From Jimgerdemannia flammicorona (taxonomy: Eukaryota): a stretch of DNA of 45,468 bases. Below the pieces are notes generated by a model that saw only the letters and a program-made list of their open reading frames with translations, made no database searches and was not told the DNA's origin. The translations under genes were made by a program, and so were the position numbers. Numbering within the stretch: position 1 is the stretch's first letter; each line of letters begins with the position of its first letter. Positions 37,338 to 45,468 of the stretch are shown in pieces. The stretch spans positions 1 to 45,468 of the forward strand of contig RBNJ01000061.1 of assembly GCA_003990765.1 (NCBI GenBank). Reading direction: 5' to 3'.

Positions 37338-37745
37338 ATCTGAACTTCCAAATCCTTTGGTTTGTCTTGTTCCTTCAGTTAGTTTAGGAACTTCTTATAA
37401 TTATGGGGTCTTGACCTTCATGAAGACTGCTTGGATAATCTTCTGTCCTCTAATGATTTGGTACTATTCTGTACTACTATTGAATAGGATGATCTTGATT
37501 TTGCCTGTATATCCTAGATCAATGGTTCCTCCTTCTATAATTATTCTTTATCTGGTAAGTCCAGACCTTGAGGTCAGTTGGATATAAGTTCCTTGGGATA
37601 GCTGCATAGCTAGTTTAGTTCTGATCATGAATGTTTTTTCAGGCTTGATAGATTCATCCTCTAGACTGTAAAGATCATATCCTATATCTTCTGGGTGAGC
37701 TTTGGTTGAAGGTTTGGCCTTGGAATATAACAGGGCATACTGGGC
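37338..37745 (-). pseudogene. dUTPase domain of A2
   Basis: Reads AKPSTKAHPEDIGYDLYS...LTSRSGL...EGGTIDLGYTGKIKII...GQKIIQAVF...RQTKGFGSSD, with motifs 1-5 and several nonsense codons. Confidence 0.92.
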
Positions 37746-40130
37746 AATATCTTTGCTGAAGCTCTACTAGCAGAGAGCCTCTAGGCTCTAAGGTTGAGGT
37801 GTAGCCATCTGGCTCCAGTAGAGGGATCTCAGAGATAATTGATTTCTCTTTTTTCTATAGGGTCTAGGGCTTCTATGAAGTTGGTAGCATCTTTTATCTA
37901 TTCTTGGTAGGTTATATATCTGATGAGAGTTAGGATGTCTTCTTCTAAATCATAGATCTTAAGAGTCCTTCTTTCTGGCTTCTTGGTCTGGCTTTTTTAG
38001 ATCTGGCCTCTGTTATCTCCTCTTTTCAAGATATGGATCACAACATTATAACTGAGGTAAATCTTCTGGTATCTACAGTCTCAACAGTCTGAGTATAGGT
38101 AGATGCTGACATATCTTTCAGCTGCCTGAACAGGGATAGGAACTGGTTCTTGCTGTAGGATTGGGACTCAGCCAGTGCTAGACCTGGTGGTTCTCAGCAA
38201 TTTATTTTGGACTCCAGCTGGTATCAGTTGCAAGAACTACAGGAGGGGGACTTCTATCTTGGCCTCTTGAATCTTCTGCCAGGCTTCATTGTAAATGTCT
38301 CTAGATATAGTCTTCAGAGTGTACTTCTTCTTGGGCTTTGGAGTGGCAGGTTCCTGTTCTTCTTATTCCATTTCTTTATTTTCTAGTAGTAACTCATTTG
38401 TCTTAGGAACAAAAGGTGAGGGGGTTCAGAGAGGTGTTTCTACATGTTTCTCCTCATGTTCTTCATCTTCTTCTTGGATGATTCTTCTGCTGATGTTCCT
38501 GGATGGCCTTTCTACAGATCTCTTCCTCTTTTCTGCTGAGTAGACTGTCTTTCAGGTGGTAACCTTGGTAGAGTACAAGTCTAGGTCACTATAGTCTTCA
38601 CTGTTACTTACTTTCTTGAAATCTTCAATAGGATGGGCTTCAGTCTTCTTGTACTGAGTGTCATTTCTTTGGTTTGATGGTCCTGAGTCCCTTCGGTCAC
38701 TTCTTTTGTTGTCACATTTAGTGGCATAGTGCCCAAATTGTCCATAGTGAAAACATTGGACTTGGGCTCTGTCTCAGACAGGATACCTTCTTTCTTCTTG
38801 CTGGTAATTCCTGTTATCTCTTGGTGGATAACCTTAGCTCCTCTGTAGTGGGTATTCCCTGCTGTCTTGGTAGCCCCAATTTTTACATATGGTAAGTTTT
38901 TCAATCTGTCCAATCAATCAGTCCAACTTGGAGCTGAGGTCTTGGATTTCACTTCTGTCCTTCTTTCCTTCCTTGGCTGGCCTTCTTTCTTCAGATTTTT
39001 CTTTTCCTTGAAGGAGTCCTTGTAGGGCTTTGACCAGAATGTCTTCTTTATCTTCTTTCTTCTCATGATCACTCCAGGTAGTCTCTTGTCTGATATCAAA
39101 GAATCCTTGGACTGCATCTACTTGCTCTTTGGACCTTCTGATGCCTAGAGTGTGGACATGTTGGGCAATGTTTGGAGGAATTCCATTCATGAAGGTCATT
39201 GGACCTATAATGTCCTAGTTGATGGCATTGAACCCAGTAGTATGCATTCTCTTCTGGATTCTTGTGAAGAAGGCTCTGGGTAATTCTCCAAGATTCATCT
39301 TTATCCCTATGATAGATTCTTGAGCCTTGTGGTGGGTTTCATTTCCTGCATACTTTTCAATGAGCTAGTGGACCATGGCCACATATTCTAGCTCATCAGA
39401 CATTGCTGCTTATATCTGTCTTGCCAGTTCTAAATCTTGGTTACCTACTGTTTGATGGAAAATTCCTCTGGCTGGTTCTCTGAGCTGAGCCTTGTAGATG
39501 GCGATTTTTCTTTTATCTGAGAGGTTTCTTAGGGCTGCGATTCCTTCAATTCCATCAAGAAATTCTCTGGGGTCTTCTTCTGGATATCTTGCAAAGGTTG
39601 GCAATGAGATGGCCATTTCATTGTCACTTTCTTCTGATTCCAGTTCTGGTCCAGATTCTGATTCTGATTTACTTTCTGAGCTGTCACTGGAAATGGAGGT
39701 ACTTGGGTATCCTGAGGATGGTGTTCTGGGCCTTAGACAAAATAGAATGGGCCTAGGTATTCTTGTAGGAGCTACTTCAGATTCTGCAAGGAGTTGTAGT
39801 AAAGGTTCTATTGGGGAAATTAGTGGGATGGGTATGGGGTGTCTGGCTGTAAGATCTCAGGCTTATATAATAAGATCTTCTAGTTCTTGTACAAGTTCTT
39901 CAAAATCTCCAGCAGGGCCATCTGTATTGTCTGATTGATCTGGTTGGGGATTTTGGCCTGTACTGCCTCCTGCTGGATAGTCAGCAAGTCTTGATGTGAT
40001 TACTTCTCTTCCTGTCCAAATGCTAGTGATAACTGGTTCTCCTATAGTAGCAGAAATTAGTATTGTATCAAATATATCCAGTTTGACTGTGGGTTCTTGT
40101 GAGCTGAAAAGTTACATTGATTTGAAATCT

Positions 40131-40147
40131 TCCCAGTTGAGCCCCCA
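40131..40147 (-). other. Primer-binding site of A2 (tRNA-Pro-like)
   Basis: TGGGGGCTCAACTGGGA, 2 nt after the 5' LTR. It matches the tRNA-Pro PBS TGGGGGCTCGTCCGGGA allowing two CpG-decay changes and one mismatch. Confidence 0.75.
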
Positions 40148-40149
40148 AA

Positions 40150-41462
40150 TATAATATACTCAGCTCAATAGAGGCAAATTACAAGGTTGGGGATTGATGT
40201 AGTTTGGCTTGAGCCCCCAGTTACTTTGTCAAAAAGCAACAAAATGTTCTAAGATTCCTGAGGTCCTTGGTGTTTAGTGGTATAATAGTCAAAGCTGGAT
40301 ATCTGCAAGTGATTTGTGTGTCAATTTCCTAATTGGGATGGTTCTCTGGGTATAGTAGCGATTCATGTGTGTGAATGGGTTTCCTTCTTGGGTCAACTGA
40401 GAATGGCAGAATTTATATATAGCACAAGCAGTTTCCTTCTTGAGTAGCAGGTGATTTCTTTGTATAGTATGATGATCTCCTTGTGCATGATGGTCTGGCA
40501 ATTTAGCAGTTCTCCTTATGCAATTTCTGTATGATGATCTTGTGTAGCATAATAATCTTTGTGTAGTATGACAGGTTTCCAAAAGTATGCAATTTCTGAC
40601 AAATGACTCAATTTGGCTCACTGAGAACAATGGATAACTCAGATGGCTCTTCTGAGAATACAGATGACTAGAAAATGGTAGATGATACAGATTCTCCTGA
40701 ATTGGTGGGTTTCTAGAGAATAACTCAGATGGTGCAGATTCTTCCTGAATCAGCTTCAACTGGAAATACAAACAACAGGCAGCGAATTCTTTGGAAAATA
40801 TAACTAATAGCTTGAAAAGGGTCTCTTGGCAAAGTTGCATTAAAGACTGGCTTTATTTGCATGATGGATCACTGTGAAGTTGCATCAGAAACTGGCTTGT
40901 GCAAGGCAGCTTTTTCTGAGAATGCAGATAACTTAGAAATGGCAGCTTATTTCTTAAATGGCAGATTACTCAAAAGGTGGCAAAGTTCTCCTTGAACTTA
41001 GGTGGCAAATCTTCAGACTTATCTGGCGAGTGAACCAATAATAATAATTCCAAAGACAGCAAAGTTCTTCCTTAAACTTAGGTGGCAAACTTGAATTCTT
41101 CAGACTTATCTGGCAAGCAAATCAATCAGTCTTTGTATTGGAAAGTAGAACAGAGTGGGGAAAAGAGACCAATGCTCAATCTTTAGAGGCTTCTTTAATT
41201 TGTTTCAACTTTTTGGACTGAGGTTTATTCACTCTTATCTCTGAGATAATTTATATATTGTGGTTGCTATCTGGTTACTATGTGGCTAACTATAGATCTG
41301 CTATTTATGGCAGGTGTACAGAGTCTGTATAGGTAAACAGACTCTATCTGGTATGTTTAGCTAATTATGCAGTTTCTGTAGCAATGTTTGCTGGTTACTA
41401 TGCTGTTTGTTCACATCATCTAGCTAAGGTATGATTCAGGTGGTATGTCTTGGTTTGTCACA
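40150..41462 (-). repeat. 5' LTR of A2
   Basis: Ends ..TTTGTCACA at 41462. Shares the U3-side sequence type with 26501-27647 but with many indels. Confidence 0.88.
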
Positions 41463-43077
41463 CTATGCTAACTTCAAAGGTAAGTAAAATAACTTCTATA
41501 TCTAGAACAGTAGTTAAAATTCCAACAAAGATATCTCTAGCACCTATACCAGTACTAGCACAGTCTATATATATATTAATGAGGCTATCAGAGTAAGAAT
41601 TATAGAAATTATAGATAAGAATGATAAAGAAGATATCTCTATAAAGGGCAAAAAGAAGTATAGATCAAGGCTGAATAGTAAAATTCAAGTAGATTTAGGA
41701 GATTATTAGGATCTATCTAAGATATTCTATTGTAATAGCAAATATTATATAAACTATATCTATAAGTATGTCTATATAGTAATAACTAGTGAGCTAGTAA
41801 ACCTATAATGAAGCCATTTATTCAGATAATAAGAAAAAGTAGAAAAAGGCTATAAATGAGAAGTATAGTTTACTCATTAAGAATGATATATAAGATTTAA
41901 TCTCTCTTTTAATAAATTGATAAGCAATAGAATCTCACTGAGTATATAAAATTAAATATAATAGTAATAGTAGTATAGAGCAGTATAAAGTCTGATTTGT
42001 AATAAAAAGGTATTCACAAGACTTTAATATTAACTATTATGAGACCTTCTCTTTAATATTCAAGCTTACTTTACTTAGAATACTTCTTATAATCAGAGCC
42101 AAATATGACTATAAAATCTACTAAATAGATATGTATCAAAACAGTATTCCTAAATAGAGATGTAGATACCAAACTATATATATATTAACCATAAGGATAT
42201 AAACTATACAATAATAAGTAAAAGGAACTTATATATAAATTACATAAAGATCTCTATAGCATCAAATAAGTAACAAGATTGTGGAACTGAAAAATTGATA
42301 AATATCTTATAGAAGATAATAAATTCAAATATTGTGAAGTAGATTCATACATATATACTCATCATATATTCTCAGAAATAATATATCTAGGAATTTGAAT
42401 TGATAATATCATTTTAGTCAAAATGATAAGTAAAATTAATAAAGTAAAGACAGTGTTATATAAAGAGTTCAAAATGATGAATATATATAAGTGATATATC
42501 TTTTCTTTTAAAGATATCTATTATATATAATAGAAGCATATATACTATATACTTGAGCCAAAGAATCTACATTTAGACTATATTTAAATAATTTGATATA
42601 AGCAAATACAAACCTATTGGAATCTCTATAGAGATATCTATGAGGCTAAAGAAGTTTAGTGATACTATATCCAAAACTATATCTAGAACTAATGATATTC
42701 TCTATTAGTAGGTAGTGAGAACACTCATATATCTTATATTTGGAATAAGATCTGATATATTATATATAGTCAACAAAGTAGCATAATACTTATTCTGCTA
42801 TGAGAATATATATATTAGATAACAATTAAGTGTACATTAAAGATATGATATACTATATATTCAGTTTGGACAGCAATAATAAAGAATAAAGCAGGAGCAC
42901 TATAAGGTTATCTAATATATGTGATATTAATTAAATCAGTGACCTGGATAATAGATAGTCTATAACTAGATATCTTTTTAAAATTAACAAAGAAGTCATT
43001 TTATAGCAAATGTGCAAGTAATCTTTAGTGATAATATCATCTATATAAGTAGAGTACCAAGTATTATCTATAGTGAC
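41463..43077 (+). mobile_element. Decayed Ty1/Copia pol fragment (RT and start of RNase H)
   Basis: Reads TYNEAI...KAINEKYSLLIKNDI*DL...*VYKIK...YKV*FVIKRYSQDFNINYYETFS, KTVFLN, DLYSIK*VTRLWN, GI*IDNI and ..SDLDNR*SITRYLF..VEYQVLS. These are Copia motifs (YKAR.V.KGYSQ..GIDY.ETFSP, LYGLKQ, VDD, D.RSTTGY) altered by transitions. Confidence 0.85.
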
Positions 43078-45275
43078 TAGTACTTCTAATAAATTAAATC
43101 AAATCAAATTAGAGTCAAACTCAATTTGATTTAAATATTTTAAATTGAATTGAGCATCAATTCAATTCAATTTAATTCAACTTGAATCAAGTGCTAATTC
43201 AATTCAATTCAAATCAAATTAAGTTATAATTTGAATCAAGTTACAATTTAAATCTAAATATAGTAATTCACATATGCAGTTTAATTCACAACAATATATA
43301 CTCTCTCAAAGTAATCAAGTATATCCAATGTACTTTTTATACCACTATCTATAGAGAATACTATAATAACAGCCTCAATATCAGATATAGCTTCAACAAG
43401 TGTAGTTACAAGTGCAGTCTCATTATAGTCTGAGAAAGAAAAAGAAAAAGTACAAGAATGCTCTGGTATTTGAAAAGAGTTTACAAAGGAGCATAAGGAA
43501 AATAGAGATGTTCAAATCAAATATAATCACTATAAAGTATCATATAAGACTATTGGTAGTTCAATAATGAATTTGTGGGTGTATTTTGACAAATATTATA
43601 AGAGTCATCAAGAAGGAGGAGGGATAGAGTTATTTTTTTCATACATAAGTATATTTTTATATAACTTATCTGCTTTGTTTTTTTTTTTTGGTTTTTTTCT
43701 TATTAATTTATTGTTACTTTATATTATTTGAAATAGCCAAAATTCTCCATATTATTATTTTGAAAAAAGCTTGTTTGCTGGATAATCCATGATAGCTAGC
43801 CTTTTATAGTTATTGAGAATTTGGAGCTAAAAGATCTCTTTTATCTTCTGAAACTAGACATTACTATTTCTTCTACTGAAACTATATGAAATAAAATTAA
43901 ACTGGTCTTTAAACAGAACTATAATACTGTCAAAATTATGCTATAGGTAAGATCTAATATTTTAATATTGAATACTAATTTGAATATTTCTAAGTTGAAT
44001 ATCTATTTAAATTAATCTTATTTCAATTTAATTTATTCAAAAATAGAATATACTAGATTGAATATCCTTCACTGTTGATATATGGATATTACCAAATATA
44101 TATATATTTCTTGAAATTAATATATATTGGATCTGTCAGAATTGGCAACTCAACTGTATATTAATTGATTTTGTCAAGCTATCAAGATCTCATTTAGATA
44201 AAAATCTTGCTGATATCTTTGAAAGATATATTTGAGATTTTAGTATACAGACAAAGATACATAGAGAGTGAGTCTTAAGGTCAGATTTTTAAAAAAGGTC
44301 AGGATTTTTGAAAAAGATTGGAATTTTCAAAAAAGGTTGGGATTTTTAAAAAGATCAGGATTTTCAAAAAAAAGGTCAGGATTTTTAAAAAAACTGTTAT
44401 CTTATATTTCAAATTATTAATTTTTTACTCTAGATATTGGCTATAATAACAGATAATATATCCAACAACAATACATTTTTTCAAGCAATCAGAATAGAGT
44501 TTGATACTGACCTCAACTATCAGTCAATATAATATATTCACTGTCTAGCTCATATCATTAATCTGACTGCTCAGGCCTTTTTAGTCTATATGAAGGCTGA
44601 TAATGATAGAGAAATAATGTCAAGACTCCAGATAAGTATTATTAAGATCTGGTCATCACTATAGTATTTTGAGTGATTTAAAGTGCAATATAAAGCTTTT
44701 GAAATCAGTGATCCAAAAGAACTTATTTTGGATATTAAGACTTAGTCAAACTTAACATATTTTATGATTGAATAGGCCTTAGAATTATTAGAGGTAAGCT
44801 TTATATTATTATATTATATTATATTTATTAATAAATTAATTTTTATTAATAGCCCTTAACCTCAACAGTTATAGCTAATAAAGATTTGCAAAAATATATC
44901 ATTGAAGATGAATATACTTGGCAGATGCTAAAAGATATCATTTCTGTTCTAAAGAGCTTTCAAAAAGTAACAAATCTTGTAGCTTAGTATAAATATATAA
45001 TGATTTATGCAGCTATTCTGATTTACAACTTTCTACTGAATATATTAGAGGATAATAACAAAGATATTGACAAAGACAGGAGAGCCAGATACCATTCATT
45101 GGGCAATAATAGCAGCTATTAATAAGTTGAAGACATACTATTCAATGACAGACAGTCTTTATTATATTGGTACTAGTAAGTAATTTCAAAATTTATTTGG
45201 TACTAAAGATAGCATATATCTATTTCAAAATTCAAAATTTGCTTGATTGGTTGGTTACTATAAATCTATTTCAAA

Positions 45276-45319
<44 letters not shown>

Positions 45320-45468
45320 GAATGAAACCAGTTCTTAATTCTAGGATTAAACTAGAATATTATTCATCTATAACAAAAACTATGCCCCTCCATCTGGATC
45401 AGTTTATTATATAAATTCCGAAGTAGATGATACTGATACTACAATTGATTTTTTTTTTTTTTTTTTTT
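43078..45468 (+). mobile_element. Decayed hAT DNA transposon with intron-containing transposase; runs off the window end
   Basis: The left end TAGTACTTCTAATAAATTAAATCAAATCAAATT is a transition-mutated version of the MITE terminus. It has a decayed BED finger (~43460-43600), ISFTVDIW..PN, ITTDNISNN, CLAHIINL and LILDIKT*SNLTYFMIE*AL. GT..AG introns start near 43650, 43947, 44268, 44793 and 45177. Confidence 0.88.
44278..44393. repeat. ~20-bp tandem repeat (AGGTCAGGATTTTTAAAAAA-like, about 6 copies) inside a transposase intron
   Basis: Directly visible tandem units between donor GTGAGT and acceptor CTAG (~44433). Confidence 0.85.

Larger units (their letters stand above)
26501..41462 (-). mobile_element. 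Ty3/Gypsy family A copy A2 (gag-[protease deleted]-dUTPase-RT-RH-IN-long tail); carries nested element B and a hAT MITE; probably chimeric
   Basis: LTRs at 26501-27647 and 40150-41462, PBS at 40131-40147. Gag reads MAISLPTFARYPEEDPREFL (39616), with a decayed CCHC at ~38715-38760. RT at ~36000-36870 (YFSNMDL, KTAF, FGLCN, YIDN) and RNase H at ~35550-35900 (YLIGKRFTLITDY). The integrase core is split by element B: TKWPEAFSME (35140-35175) continues as ITDILTI...LISD*GTEF...YPQTNGMTERINQT (29100-29311). Confidence 0.88.

Noticed and set aside
30729-39938. Plus-strand ORFs over the retroelements
   Set aside because: Antisense shadows of the minus-strand gag/pol frames.
40289-40840. 183-aa ORF within the A2 5' LTR
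   Set aside because: The other three LTR copies have many indels and stops here, and no motif is recognised; probably a chance ORF.
45281-45468. Long poly-T tracts as a retroposon tail
   Set aside because: They lie in transposase intron-like sequence. Both window ends are poly-T, more consistent with assembly breaks at homopolymers.

Overview
Eukaryotic, fungal-style DNA with two sharply separated compartments. The host is probably a Mucoromycota fungus, inferred from protein style and not verified. (1) About 1-17.6 kb is CpG-normal and gene-bearing. It holds a decayed HAD-family sugar-phosphatase pseudogene, an intact intronless F-box/LRR gene, a single 84-nt RI-type LRR exon relic, an F-box/LRR pseudogene, a putative secreted 178-aa protein, and two copies of a ~0.75 kb non-coding repeat. 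It also holds a 5-exon gene, missed by the ORF track, for a small secreted protein with two tandem 8-cysteine domains. (2) About 17.65 kb to the end is an AT-rich, nearly CpG-free nest of decayed transposons. It contains two copies of a long-LTR Ty3/Gypsy family with a dUTPase between protease and RT (A1 and A2, with complementary internal deletions). A Ty3/Gypsy chromovirus (B) with a dUTPase between the Gag zinc knuckle and protease is inserted in the A2 integrase. The nest also has a palindromic hAT MITE, a decayed hAT transposase element with the same terminus, a MULE transposase fragment and a Ty1/Copia fragment. The most notable points are two differently placed dUTPases in nested retrotransposons, a RIP-like CpA>TpA plus CpG transition signature, and the hidden cysteine-rich secreted protein at the edge of the TE island. 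All translations, alignments and counts were done by eye.
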